DNA of 64,000 bases. It comes from Octopus bimaculoides. Taxonomy: Eukaryota. The stretch spans positions 30,869,068 to 30,933,067 of the forward strand of contig NC_068986.1 in the NCBI RefSeq assembly GCF_001194135.2, given 5' to 3'. Below the pieces are notes generated by a model. It was not told where the DNA came from. It did no database searches and saw nothing but the letters and a program-made list of their open reading frames with translations. This document shows, piece after piece, positions 38,781 through 52,250 of this stretch. Position numbers and translations under genes: made by a program. How positions within the stretch are numbered: position 1 is the stretch's first letter; the number at the start of each line of letters is the position of its first letter.

Positions 38781-38823
<43 letters not shown>

Positions 38824-38827
38824 ATCA

Positions 38828-38968
38828 TCTTCCAAATTCACTCATAAGGCATTGGTCAGCCCAGGGCTATAGTAGAAAATACTTGACCAAGGTGCTGCAC
38901 AGTGGGACTGAACTTGAAACAACATGGTTGCAGTATAAGCGTCTTAGCCTGAAGCTGTGCCTCCATGT
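38828..38968 (-). mobile_element. SINE family A 5' fragment
   Basis: Reverse complement contains GTTCAGTCCCACTGTGCAGCACCTTGG...CTACTATAGCCCTGGGCTGACCAATGCC. Confidence 0.7.
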
Positions 38969-39660
38969 ATGGTAATTATTTCTTTTTACTGTAGGATTTA
39001 GTTTTAAATATGCTGGATATAATGCCCCTCTGTTTTATCTCTGTAGCAAAGTCAGAATATAGATAAGCATACTACTCTGAAGAATTTAATCTCAGCTTGT
39101 TCAGTTTAGATCTGTTTTATTATTATTATTTATTATTTTTACTGTTATTTTATCTTATTTTGTGGTACAGTTCTTTTTTTCTTCTTCTTCTTTTCACTTT
39201 TCTTTTTTAAATAATGCATATCTCTCTCTCATTGGATGATATTCTTAGAAGGAAACACTATCTGCACATCATTTCAGCCATTAAAGGGTGTAGATTATTG
39301 ATTTCAATGTGGTTTTCTGATAGCAAGCTGAACATAATATACACTGTGTCTGCAAAGGAGTTAATGTTTGGTCTTGTAGTAATTTATCTTATTCACATTT
39401 AACTTAATAATTTTATAACCAAGCAATAAATCCTTATGTAAGCCCCCACCTCCGTCACACCCCACTCCAGAATCAGATCATCATGAATTAATATCAACTA
39501 TACATCACTGTGCCACTGATAGAAAGCTTTGTATGCAGTTCTCTTCACATTGTTTTCTTTTTTTTTTTTAAATCTTGGAGAGACTTTTCATTTGCATGCA
39601 GCCTAATTGCCTTACCAATGTTAGCTTGACTTTGTTCTGTTGCATTGACCTCTTTGGTAG

Positions 39661-39867
39661 ATGGTCTTCCTCCTCCTCCTCCTATGTCTTCTACTACTAC
39701 TACTGCTGCAGCTGGTGGAGGTGGTAGTGGGGTCCCCACAATTGGCAGCATTGGGCGACCTGGTAGGATCAGTGACTACGACCCCTACCAAGAGAATTCA
39801 TCCTTCAACTCCCCATACTCTGCTAAGTCCCAGGCCACTACCATTTATGATTCTAGAATTGGACAAG
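39661..39867 (+). CDS. Lasp: Linker exon (207 nt, phase 1-1): DGLPPPPPMSSTTTTAAAGGGGSGVPTIGSIGRPGRISDYDPYQENSSFNSPYSAKSQATTIYDSRIGQ
   Basis: ctctttggtag|ATGG...CAAG|gtgagt; in frame with the phase-1 end of exon 34442; ORF 39645..39899. Confidence 0.85.
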
Positions 39868-41450
39868 GTGAGTCTGGAAACCAAACATTTATCAGTTAAA
39901 TATTTTAATAAATCTCAATGTTGGTTGTCAGTAAGTTTCTTTTGAATTCTGTTATAGAATATTGTCAGCAATATTCTATTTGTATGATACACACATTCAC
40001 ACACAACAGCAAATTATAAACTCTTCTGTAAACTTTATTGTTCTGAATATAACAACACAGAATTCATTGACAATTCACTGTATTTAAAAAACAAGATTTT
40101 CTGGGGGGAAAAAGGAAAAAAACTTTTATCTTTCCATAAATATATAAAACAGTTTCTATTCTAAGTCAAATGTGTAGAAGAATAGCTAATATATAAAATT
40201 AGTTTTAGAATGGCTAACTAAGAATGAAGTCAAAATGTTGCCATTAAAATATTTTTTTTTCTTTTATTTCTTCAAGTTAACAGAAATCCATTTAGCTGGC
40301 ATTTTCTATTTTTTATCACTGAAATGTTTTAAGACTGCTCTTGTCGAGATTTAATGTCAAAGAAACGCAGACAATGAATATGCTGAACTTGAAGCAGTTC
40401 TTAAGAATGTTAAATCTCGATGAGACAGTGACAATAATTTGTTGCATTTGTGGGATTTATTCCAAGATATACTGTAAAATGATTGCCTTAACCCCATTCA
40501 CCTTCTCTGGATTTTTACTCAGGGCAACTGAGAAAGTGTAGTGAGCTGAATATGGCGCATTGCAATACCTGCTTTTCTCTATCCTCCATAACAGTCCTGC
40601 CATAATCAATTTTGTCAATCTCACCAGGGTTGATACCACAAGCATTAAGCAAACTAAAGTCATGTTGACTCACCCCTTCCTCTCATATAAATCAATTGAC
40701 CCTATATATAAACATTTTGGTAGCCTTTTATGTGTTACGAATAATGGAGCTGCTGCCATTTTGTTAATGATAAATGGGGTAAGATGAGAAAAGGGCATCT
40801 ACATGCTTTTAGTAAACATTGTCTACTCAAAGAGTGTCTCTTTTGTATCAGTGTTGTGTTCCTTTACTGCACTGACAGAACCTGCCTATCACTTAGCACT
40901 ACCTTTCCATGCATTTCTTCTGCAATATGCACTTGGTGGTATTTGGGGTTTTTGTATTTTCATATTTTGTTCCTAATTACTTTTCATTGGTGAAAAATCT
41001 TCATTTCACTGTACTTAAAATTTTCTAATTATTATTAATATGTAACACTATATGTTAGAAATAACTTTTAAAATTTACTGCTCTGTATCTTATAAATCTA
41101 TTTATAATTGGCAAAAAGAAAAAAAAAAATGTGGAGATTTTGTAATTCAAATTGCTATAAAAACATGCTATTAAATACTACCCTAGAATTCTGTAATATA
41201 GAATATATGTACATATTAACTGAAAGCCTTTAAGCAGTTGCTTGACTTGCTAGAAATAACAACTAAATGTCCCTAAAGCCACAAACCCTGCTGTCTTATG
41301 TGGTCCTAAATTTACTGTCTATGAAAAAACTTTGAGATTGTTATGACTGGATTGCCTTTGATCATAGTTCTATCTGATCAGGACCAAGCTGGAAGTAAAC
41401 AGCAACACTTATTTCAGAGTTATTTCATTGTTGCATACTTAATTCACTTT

Positions 41451-41481
<31 letters not shown>

Positions 41482-42661
41482 GATAACCCAAATTAATAAA
41501 TTAAATTAATTTAGCATATACTAAATTAACCATTTTGGGATTATAAAGAAATATCTATTATTCATAAAAATGTATTCATTCTACACTAAAACATCTATTC
41601 TAGCACTAATGAATTAAACTTTATTATACTTACAAATGGAATATTATTTAATAGATCTTCTATTACAACTATGTGTATCATACAATGTTCATATAAATAT
41701 GTAGCATTTTATGTTTAATGTCTGTGGTTTGAGACAAAAAGTTGCATCTTTGATAAGTTTTTTATAGTTTTTTAGAAAATATACACTGTCTGATAAAAAT
41801 GTATACGCACTTCTTTTATTTGTTAATTGTGAGATCCTTGGTAGGATCTTATTTATAAGTTGATTTTGAATCCTTTGTGATTATCATATATAAAGAATAT
41901 GAAAGAACCCATCAATCCCTCTGGTCATTATTGGATAGCTCTGGCCAGCTCTAACTGAGCAGTCAATTGACACAGATATTTTATTGAATGCTGAAGGCCA
42001 GCCTATAGGTTTTGTACACTAAGTATTTTGAGCTTCTGTCTATATATTGCCATTAAGAATTGCTTATATTCTGTTTACCTAGTTTAGGTGCAGATTAGCA
42101 GTCAGGACACTTACATCTACTCTGTCTACTTTTGACATGATTGAAGACTGTTGATGACTTCTGAAACAGGGATGGGCAAGCGATGGTCAGACTCAGTACA
42201 CAAGTTTTTAATAACTTGAGATTTAATGCAAGTAGCTGTCTAACACTCAACTTAAAACTAGTTTAGTATTGTTGCTCAGTTCTTGGATTTTGAAATAGCT
42301 CTGTTGTAGTTTTATCTATGTAAAGCTGTCGCACAATTTATTCATGATAAATATTCAAAAAATTTGAATAAACTTTCAGTTGTATACATCCTAAAGTTTA
42401 TCTTTCAACCAAGTGTGTATACATGTTTATAGACTGTATAGTATTAGAAAGCTTAAATTTCTTGACTTATCTCTGATGCCTGTCTAAATTGCATTATATA
42501 TTCTTTTGATATGGTGATGTTTTGTTTGATTCCTAACATAACAAACAATTGTTTCTTTGATTTGATTTTTTTTTTTATTTTTAAATTTTCTATTCAGTAA
42601 GTAAATTAACTTTTGATTAAACTTAAATTGTTTATATATATTGTTCTAAATGTTTTTAAAG

Positions 42662-42670
42662 AGGACCTGG
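42662..42670 (+). CDS. Lasp: Candidate 9-nt microexon (phase 1-1), encodes EDL
   Basis: tgtttttaaag|AGGACCTGG|gtaagt; consensus donor, frame-preserving. Confidence 0.55.
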
Positions 42671-42783
42671 GTAAGTAATAATTTTTTTCCCTTCCAAACT
42701 TTCATTGTTGGATATCATAATAGATTTCATCTGTCTTAAAATATCAGCTCATGTTTAATTATTTAGCTTTTTGGTTTTTTTAG

Positions 42784-42819
42784 TGGACAAATCCAAAAAT
42801 ACTTCAGCAGCTAAGACAG
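42784..42819 (+). CDS. Lasp: Candidate 36-nt mini-exon (phase 1-1): VDKSKNTSAAKT
   Basis: ttggtttttttag|TGGAC...GACAG|gttggt; open in linker frame. Confidence 0.62.
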
Positions 42820-43841
42820 GTTGGTTTAGCACATGCAGTCTGCCTCCTGGCTTCTTTTTTTCTCTCCCCACAAATGCTTAGCTAGCTCTTCAAATTGACT
42901 TTTGTAATAATGATTCACTGCATTTAGCAAATTTAATATTATATGTGATTAATTTCACTTGTTCAAGCTGTCAGTTTGACAAGAAGTTTTTAATGTTTAG
43001 GTGTAATAGTTTGCAGTACTTGATAAATTTAATCTAGTTCAAACTTCATTTTCACTTAGCACTGAATTTTTAAATTATATAGATTGAAAAAAAAATGTCT
43101 GATAGATTCCCAAATATGTTAGATACCTTTCTTTCCTTTTAATGTCATAATTATGTTTAAAATTATCATTAAAGCAAATATTTTTTCCTTGCAATCTGGC
43201 TGTTTTCACTAGTTGAGTAGTAATATTTCACTGGCACTTAAAAATCAAAAACTACTAAAGTAAATTCAATAATGAGGGACAGATATTACTTAGCATAGAA
43301 CTTTGCACATCCTATTCATTTCTGCTTTGTGATAATGGTGTGAGACATCTTTTGACAAACTGTTATAATAATACTTCATGTAGGTATATAATATCTGAAT
43401 CACAGATAAGGAACAAAAAAGCAAATATTTGTGCAAGTGGCCTTCTTGGCACCTTAAGAGGCCAACAACATCAAAGAGTTGAAAAATATTTTTGCTGAGA
43501 GAATGTTTGCATATGAAAGGTTTAGATCATATCTAAGTACGGATGTGGTCGATATCTGGCAAATTAATCATAGTTATTTCATAATCTGTTGCGAGAACAT
43601 TATTTTATGGTTTAACATTAGTAACGATGTAAATAAATTGGTTCACCAATGACTTTTTGTGCCAGAAAGTAAACAACTTTTTGAAGGAGAGAAGGATAAT
43701 ATTCTAATCTTCGTAGTATAAATAATTTGAATTGAATTTCAAACTAGTTTGGCCATGTCTGAAATTAGAATTATTTTATTTTTGTCATTCAAATGGCAGA
43801 AATGATAACCAGTGCTGGAATAAATGCTTTTTAGTCTTTAA

Positions 43842-44013
43842 CCCTTTAGCATTCAGATTTCATTGTCAAATGTAATGCAAGCTTCAAAATTTCAATGATG
43901 TAATGGTTTATTTTTAGAATGGCATTGTAAGGTAGGTATGAGGTTGGATCTAGCCAGTTTGAACACGAAACAGAATGTTCAGACCTCATATGGCCAGTTT
44001 AAATGTTAAAGGG
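43842..44013. mobile_element. TTAA-flanked MITE (family 2)
   Basis: TTAA|CCCTTTAGCATT...AATGTTAAAGGG|TTAA; 11/12 TIR match; right-end remnants also near 8230 and 35630. Confidence 0.8.
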
Positions 44014-44315
44014 TTAATGTTTTCTATGTTCAACATTCAAATCTTGCCACACATATTCAAGGTTGTAAGTATGTTCGGTTATGTATTGGAATCAATTCAA
44101 CTGATGATGGACTACACAAATTTATGGTGTGATTCCAATAATAGAAATCAATCGTGTTTGAAACCAATAATTAGTAATTAAAATCATTGACTTTAAGTAT
44201 ATGGGTAAATTAGTTAGAATTTTTTTTCTTTTATTTACATTGTAATCATGTATAAAATATTTGATCCATGTGATCCTGCTGATTTCATCCTTATTTTGAT
44301 TTGAACTGTTTCTAG

Positions 44316-44363
44316 TTGAAAAAGTAGCCAAAAGCAAAGAAAGTTCTAAGTCATCTAAGAAAG
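44316..44363 (+). CDS. Lasp: Candidate 48-nt mini-exon (phase 1-1): VEKVAKSKESSKSSKK
   Basis: gaactgtttctag|TTGAA...AGAAAG|gttggt; open in linker frame; flank homologous to that of 42784. Confidence 0.68.
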
Positions 44364-45047
44364 GTTGGTTAGCACTTGCACACTGCTGGGAAAACTGTGT
44401 TGTCTTGATTGCTGCTTCATGGCATTTTTCTGCTTCTGTTTAGACTTCCCGAACATTTCTCCCAGTAGCATAAAAGGAAACAAAAAAAAAAAAAAANNNN
44501 NNNNNNAAAAAAAAAAAAAAAAAAAGAAATTGTGTTGAATTAGTTGGTGTTAATATTTCACTAGTGGTATGCCCAATAGATTTTTGTGTAATAAACATGG
44601 TCACATGTATACATACATACATTCATTCATTCATACATATATATTCTGTATGTAAAAACCTTAGTTGACTCAAGTATCTGCCCCTCTCCCCCCAATATTT
44701 GTTGCTGCTGATGCTATTGTTCATTCAACTGCTTTCAAGTGAAATAGAAATAGATGTTAGATAATTAGAGAAATTAAATAACCCATTAGTTTTCTAGATT
44801 TCCCTCCGTTCATTAGCTGTTGTTGCTCTCTAATGTTTCTGATGTTTGGTAGCAGTTCAAATAATCATGTTTGTTTTTAGCTCTTAATGAATTTACTTTC
44901 ATTTTCAGAATGTGTGTGTGTATGTGTTTGTGTGCAATATATACACACATGATAAAATAATATATATATATATATTTGATTTTGAATGCTTTTTATTTTT
45001 ACCATTTACTATGTTTTTTTCATTTTTTTTTTTCTTGTGCTACCCAG

Positions 45048-45059
45048 TTAGATCTACAG
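45048..45059 (+). CDS. Lasp: Candidate 12-nt microexon (phase 1-1): VRST
   Basis: long U-rich tract, ttcttgTGCtacccag|TTAGATCTACAG|gttcgt. Confidence 0.58.
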
Positions 45060-45724
45060 GTTCGTGACTGTTCTTCCCTATGTATCATTTTTATTTTACT
45101 TCTCTTTTATATGAAATCTAATATTAAGTTCATATTACTAGGGGAAAAAAAGTAAATTTTTTTTTTCTTTTTAGAGAAATACAATAGATTGCTCTCATAC
45201 ACACACACACACATATACATGCACAAATTGTAGATGTTGATTAAAGATTGGTTTCTTTTGATTATTCTTAATTAATGTGATTATCATCTCAATTTCTTCT
45301 AATTATACTAACAGTACATTCTCTATAACAAAATTTACTTCTGTTTTTCATTGTTTTGAATATTGATTATTTTGAAATGTTTTTTTTTTAATTCTTTCAA
45401 ATATTGTTTTTACATGTGCAACAGTTTTAATATTATATATATTAATATATTTAATGAGTTCAAGATGTTAACTCTGATATTTCTCCAAGTGTCATTTGAA
45501 GGATACTGTTTGACAGTAATATAGCAGCCATATTGTTATTTTGTTGAAGCTGTTTATTAATGAGCATTATTAAAATGTTATCAATTATATATGCATAGAA
45601 ATGAAATGCCAAATGCATAGAGTGGGCTGTCATATAGACATAAACTAGTTTGAAAACTGGTTTTATTATCCAAATATATTAAATCGATGATAGTAGTTCT
45701 CTCTCTTCCTTTCTCTTTCTGTTT

Positions 45725-45769
<45 letters not shown>

Positions 45770-48325
45770 ATTTGTAAAGCTGAACTTGAGTTGTTTCTTT
45801 TTAAATCTTATAATGTGTTGTCTTGTATGTGTTTGCATGCTTGTTTTGTCATAATTTTTCTTTAGCCTAATTATGAATATTTGTCCACTGAAACCTTTTA
45901 TAATCACAAGCAGAATCTGCTAATTGGAGAATAACAGTTTTGATAAATTTTTGTACAAACTAATCCAAATAAATTAACTATTAATCTGCTGTTTGTAAAA
46001 TACATATTTTGTTTTAGTTGTTGTCATAGAAAAATTCTATAAAAGTAGATGTTCATAAGGACATTCTCGATCCTTTTATTAGTTATTCATTGACCAGTTA
46101 TTGTAAATGTTATTATCAATAGCATACTTCACAGTAAGTCTATTTTTATTGTTGTCCATTCAGTATATATATATGCGAAATATATATTTATATATGTCCA
46201 TATACATGTGTGTGCTGTCTGTGTTTATGTTGTTTCATTGTGTCCCTTACTCTGTACTCTCTTGCAAGTGAAGTCAAACCTGAACTGTAGCTATCATTAT
46301 AGCATATTCTAATTCAATGAAAGATTGAATACCTCTTTTATTTCTAATCTCTTCAATGTTTTATTGAATATTCTGGTTCAGTTTAGTTGTTATCATTGAG
46401 CAGGCTGTTTTCCAGTTTGTTATTGTGCAATTCAGGTGTGCTGTTCAATATTGTAAGCTAATTTTAGCCTAACCAGACCCCTGTATAGAAATGTTGTATG
46501 GCCTGGCTTTATATATTTTATTTTACCATGGCTTAGTATAATTTCAGTGAAGTTATTTGATGCTAGACATGGCATGAGCAGTTTGTGTTGTGGCCAGTTT
46601 TTGTTTGTATATTTATATGATGGTGTTTTTTTCTTTGTCTATTCAATAAGTTTCTTAAACTAGACTTCCAGACCTGTCCATTATCTGGAAGTAGTGGAAT
46701 AGTCTGCCAATCTTTCTGTTCATTGTTTGTTATTCATCAAGATTTTAAGTGAACTATATTTTGTGACATTTTGAAGGAATTGTTTAATTAATTCACCTTT
46801 AAAATGGATAGTATTGAGCTGTTGAATTTTGCTGTGAAGATATTTGACTGTAGTCAGGCCAAAATCATGTCAAGCCAAATTTCAAGATTTTTTTTTTTTT
46901 TTTTTTTGTGCATAAGATGAACATTTAATCAATGTTGAGCACTTGGTAGTAATTGTTAGTTTTACCCTAAAAGTTGTCCACTGGTAGTTATAGTGTAGTA
47001 ACCTTGTTAAAAATAATATAATTGTCCTGTGAGCATTCTAATATTTGACACTCAAACCTCATGTACTTACTGATACAGCACACCAAATGTATGTTTCTCA
47101 TTAAATTAGCTCCTGTAAATCACCAATTGCTGTCCCTCACTTTTTTATATTTAGGAAGAATTTGTTGATTTTATTAGAATTTCTGTTCCTTTGCCTTCAA
47201 GATTCAGCATAATCAACTGAATTATGTACTTCACTGCTTCACAAAGCAAATATGATGTTTCACAGTTATGTCACTGTTGATTGATTGTGTTAATTTACTC
47301 CTGTTGTTTAATTTCAATTTAAAATAGATTTAGATGTTCTTGTATCTATGAAAAATAAAATTTTTGTCGACTTGTATGTCAGAAACGCACAAAAAATTAA
47401 AGATTCTCTGCTCCCCCTTAAAGTTTTGTATAGTGTTATGTGTGTGTGTGTGTGTGTTTATATATATATATATAATCTTAATTTAAACATAAGAGTATTA
47501 TGTCAAATATATAGAAATATTTTCTGTATATATTTCTACTTCTTTTAAAAAAAACTAATTATCTAACAGACAAAAGGAACTTTCATTTCTTTCATAACCT
47601 AACTAATTAATCAGTCAGCCTATTTTAATTTATTTTGCTTTTCCTCATTCTATTAACATTACCAGTGTGTTTTACTAAATCGTTTACATTCTTTATCAGT
47701 TCTCTGATAGGAAGAAATAAATATCTTTGTTATAACTATCTTATTAAAAAAAGATATTAGAATTGGCAAGATGTATGAACTAGTCTAATTCTTGTTGTCT
47801 GTCTGTGCAGCTTTACTATCAAAATGGTATTGCACGATCTCTTGTTCCAATGAATGCATCTTTATTAATTTTGTTAAAAAAAGATTCATTTGGAACCAAC
47901 AGAATGTGTCAATTTGAGAAGTTCTCTGAACAGATTTACTTTGAAAACTTAAACTGATGACTAATTTGTCAGATTATTTTATGCAGTTATGTGTACATTT
48001 GTTAAATTAAATATTTTTTGCTGCTTATAATCAGAAATGGAACCCCTTCAAAAGTTTTCTATGTGTATACATTTGTCTCTCATCAGGGATATGAAATTGG
48101 AGTGCAGTTATAAACCATAATCTTTGTCGGCAGATTTGGCTAATGTTAAGCCTCAAAGAAAATAATTTGTGCAATAACTGTTAAAATCCACTTAATCAGT
48201 TTAATTCATTAATAATGGCCTTAGCTTTCTGCACACACCTTTTTAATTCTTTTTGTTTTAAATTGCTTGTTTGAGCTATAATCTGAAAGTGATAGGAAGA
48301 CAGTTCTCCCTACATGCATTTCTTT

Positions 48326-48338
48326 CATTCATTCTCTC

Positions 48339-48400
<62 letters not shown>
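48326..48400. repeat. (CT)n microsatellite
   Basis: Direct reading. Confidence 0.95.
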
Positions 48401-48405
<5 letters not shown>

Positions 48406-48726
48406 CACATATACACTAATATGTACCCACTCTCTCACATACTATATTTTCAGAGATTATCTGCTGTTAATAAATTTGATGCTAAATGATTTAGTCAATA
48501 TAGTTGACACTTGCTACATTATTAAAAGCTCAATGTAGTCTGAGGGAGAAACAATCTCTAATGAAAATCAAGGAGTTATTCATTACTCACTTTGTAAACA
48601 ATATTGTAAAAAAAAAAACAAGCGAACATTGAAAGTAAAAACTATATTAATATTAATTAACTAGATTTACTACATTAAGGTCTGTATTAATTTTACATTC
48701 CTAGTTCTATGCTGGATAAAACTATC

Positions 48727-48862
48727 GTGTGTGTGTGCGTGTGTGTGTGTGCGTGTGCGTGTGTGCGTGTGTGAGAGAGAGAGAGAGTGAGAGTGAGAGA
48801 GAGAGTGAGAGAGAGAGTGAGAGAGAGAGAGTGTGAGAGAGAGAGAGAGAGAGAGTGTGTGT
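48727..48862. repeat. (GT/GC)n + (GA)n compound microsatellite
   Basis: Direct reading. Confidence 0.95.
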
Positions 48863-48891
48863 GATCAAATGTCAATCTTCTATGATTTCAA

Positions 48892-49077
48892 GGTGGTGAG
48901 CTGGCAGTCCTATTAGTACACTGAGCTAAATGCTTAGCAGTATTTCATGAGTCTTTTCGTTCGTAGTTCAAATTCTGCCATGATAAAATAAGTCCCAATC
49001 GAACACTGGGGTTGATGTAATTGACTTATTGCCTCCCTCGAAATTGCTGGCCTTGTGCCAAAATTTGAAATTGATAT
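48892..49077 (+). mobile_element. SINE family C copy with internal deletion
   Basis: GGTGGTGAGCTGGCAG...AAATGCTTAGCAG...GTTCAAATTCTGCC...ACTGGGGTTGATGTAATTGAC. Confidence 0.75.
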
Positions 49078-49574
49078 TCTATGACTTTGATTGTCATTAC
49101 CTGAGTAAAACAGTGCTATGATGTTTGCATTGTTTGCTGGCATTATGATCTGTGATTCTGTGTGTTCAAAAAAAAAAAAGAAAAAAAGTGAAATCCTTAC
49201 TTGAGAAACAGATGAGTTAGCAACAAGAAGAGAATCTGACTGTAAAATGCTATCAATTTTCAACTCATTTAATTTATTAAAAGAGTCTATTTGAGTGTCA
49301 TTTTAGATATAAATTACAAGTAGTGACTTTATATTTAATGTTGGTTGCTAATCCAGCTTATGACACTAAAACCATTGTAACTCATAAACTCCCTAGCAAT
49401 TTAATCATGCTCGGTATCTGTGTTGGATTAGTAATTTAGAGTCAGGAATGTTTATCAATAAAATAAGTTTGCTGGCATTTTATCCTCACAACAATTATAA
49501 AGTTTCTAGAAAGTAGGATTTTATTATTTGTGTTTTGTGACAGATACACAAACTGTAGCAGTAGAAGAGAGCTC

Positions 49575-50318
49575 AGTTGAATATTTAACTGATCTTGACT
49601 TTGCTGATGATCTTGCTTTGATATCCCCTTGTATTAAAGATGCAGAATCTTTGTTACAAGCACCGGAGAAAGCACCAAACCAGGTTAGCCATTACTGCAA
49701 TGAGAGTAAGATAGAGTTTATCACGATCTCCTCCAAGTTAACTGAATTTAAATTGCTCAGTAATATATCCATCAAAAGCGTTGACGACTTAAAATGTCTT
49801 GGATCACATAAAGTAGACTCCCAAAAGGACTTTCGCATCCGCAAAGCTCTTGCTTGGGATGCATGTAACAGACTTGATAAGATCTGATACTCAAATCTTT
49901 CATCCATGTTAAAAGTTAAAATATTTAGAACACTAATTAAGCCAGTCCTTCGTTATGGATCAAAGACCTGGACCTTATCAGCTCTCTTAGAAAAACAACT
50001 AGATTGAACATATACCAACCTGCTCAGAAAGATACAGAATATCAGTTGGAATAACATCTATGGAAATCTGATACCAATATCCCTCGGGCTAAAACAGAAG
50101 TGCCTACAATCTGCTGGCCACTGTCATTGAGCAGAGAAAGAGGTTATCTCATCCCTGCTCCTATGGCATCCCTCTAGAAGTGTTTTCTCCAGGAAACTGA
50201 CATTTCCAGATGCTATATTTCTGGACTCAGGGCTGGATGTTAGAGATCTGAACACAGCAATGCAAGACCATGTAGTGTGGAAAGGGATTGTCAATGGAAT
50301 TCCAAAGGATGACGATGA
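49575..50318 (+). mobile_element. 5'-truncated RTE-clade LINE (RT motif FADD to C-terminus)
   Basis: YLTDLDFADDLALIS...RIRKALAWDACNRLDKI*...VKIFRTLIKPVLRYGSKTWTL; frame largely conserved with stops; GATGACGAT tail. Confidence 0.88.
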
Positions 50319-52217
50319 GAGGAAAGCTATTAAATATTACTGTTTGCTAGATGTTCAGAGCCATTGTGGCTATCACAGATTGAAAAATCTGAACAGGCCT
50401 GAACACATATCTTTTCCTGACTGAGAAAGTAAAACTGTTTTTCTTTTTGTTGTCTGTTCCAGTCTTTCTCCTTTTCACAAACTACATCTTACTTATGTAG
50501 ATAACTGATCTACAATTGGGTAGATGATGGATTTAATGTAGATAACTACAGAACTTCTGTAGCTTACATAGCAGTTAGCTGATCTATTTAGCTCTGGTTG
50601 TTTTTTGAAGCATCTGTTTTTGGCAAGTTAGCTTCTGCATAGTTACTACTACCTTTTAGAAGGAGAATCACCCATTAAAAAGCCGAAATGATATTAGGAC
50701 AACACATCCATGATAATGACAAGGCAACTTTGGTTTGACCTTTAATTTAACTAATAGTAGAACTGTTTGCTTAATGTTAACATATTTAATGTTGGAAACA
50801 TTAAAAAGCTAGCTAGAAATAATTATGTATAGAGTAAACAACAATTTTAGTCAATGGCTCGTAGTATTTTAATTTTGGCAAGTATGGGAAGTAACTCCAT
50901 ACATGTTTCAGTTTCATAATCTCATCAGTGACAGATTTTAACTATATTTGTTAAAGAATCACTAAGTAAACATACAAGATTGTCTACTGGTTAGTGTGGA
51001 AAAATAGAATTGTTTAGAGAATATACATAGAAGATTAAAAAGAAGCTGATAACATTACTTAGTAATAAATTCACAATTGCTAATAATAGATAAACCAAAC
51101 AGTTTAATTATGGCTTTTATTGTTATATTACATAAAACAGCGTGTGTGTTCATGTGCATGTGGGTTTGTATATGTGTTTATGTGTAATAGAAAATTCTGA
51201 AAGAGTTAAGAAACTTAAAAATTATAGGGTTTTGTTGTTACTAATTGTGAGAATATGGTGCTTATCTCTTTCAAACAATATAACTGATTATGAAATTCTC
51301 ACTATTCAGACAGGAACATAATATAAAACATGATTTGAACAAAAATCTTTAGCTTTATTATAGGTGAGGAAGAAAAGGTATGATATTATGAAAGGCAATT
51401 TCCTTAAATTGTAGTGTGTGTGTGTGTGTGTGTATGCACACACACACACACACACACACACAACTGCTCAATACGGCCTTGCATTCATACATTTATTATG
51501 CGTGAGATAAATGGGGTTTAGTCCTAAACCACAGTTTTGCTCGGTCAGCCTCTGGTTAATTGTACATGTTAGTGTATTGAAAGAAATGACCAAAGGACTG
51601 ATTGAATGAAACTATAGACTGGGAATGTAATTCCTGTTTGCTTCCCATATAAATAAACATGTGTGTGTAAACTAGCAATTACACAAGTTACACAATAATG
51701 TCAGAACGATGTTGTTTCATCACCTAGAAACTAACAAACTATTTTATTAATATTTTAGTCCCGTTACACTTGTATTTATTTTGCGAAGACATTCATCAAA
51801 GTAATTCTTGATTGTATGTTGGGCCTTGCTAACAGATTTTATTATGAAATTTTAACCACATGACTTTGTCATCCTACATCTCTAGCTTTTGTTGCTCTTT
51901 GTTGAACTTTACCACCGTGCATCAAGCAGTAACTTATGCATGACATCATACGCAGCACACTGCACAATCAGTAATAATCATCTCATCCTAGGTGTAGGGC
52001 AGGAGTGAGGGTAAGGCAGGTGGTCGGTGACACACTTGCTTCAAATTGATCTTGGATCTACTTTTATAGTTTCCCTGAAATGCTGCAACACTACTAATTC
52101 TAACCGATAAATCTAGGATAACCAATTTAGCATTTTAAAATACAACTAACCTGTTATGAAGTGATGCTACTTCAGCCAATTATTTCTTTCTTCTTACTTA
52201 ATTTATAACTTGCTTAG

Positions 52218-52250
52218 GAGGAAGATGGAAGAGTTCAGTATGTAACTCAA
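52218..52250 (+). CDS. Lasp: Candidate 33-nt mini-exon; GGRWKSSVCNS in linker phase 1 (EEDGRVQYVTQ in phase 0)
   Basis: ttcttacttaatttataactTGCttag|GAGGAA...ACTCAA|gtacgt; length divisible by 3. Confidence 0.45.

Noticed and set aside
39545-39751. Antisense ORF overlapping the linker exon
   Set aside because: Mirror of a GC-rich, triplet-repeat coding exon; no independent evidence.
42599-42601. Possible 3-nt microexon (cag|TAA|gtaaat)
   Set aside because: The overlapping GTAAGT makes the boundaries ambiguous, and there is no further support; much weaker than the 53651 candidate.
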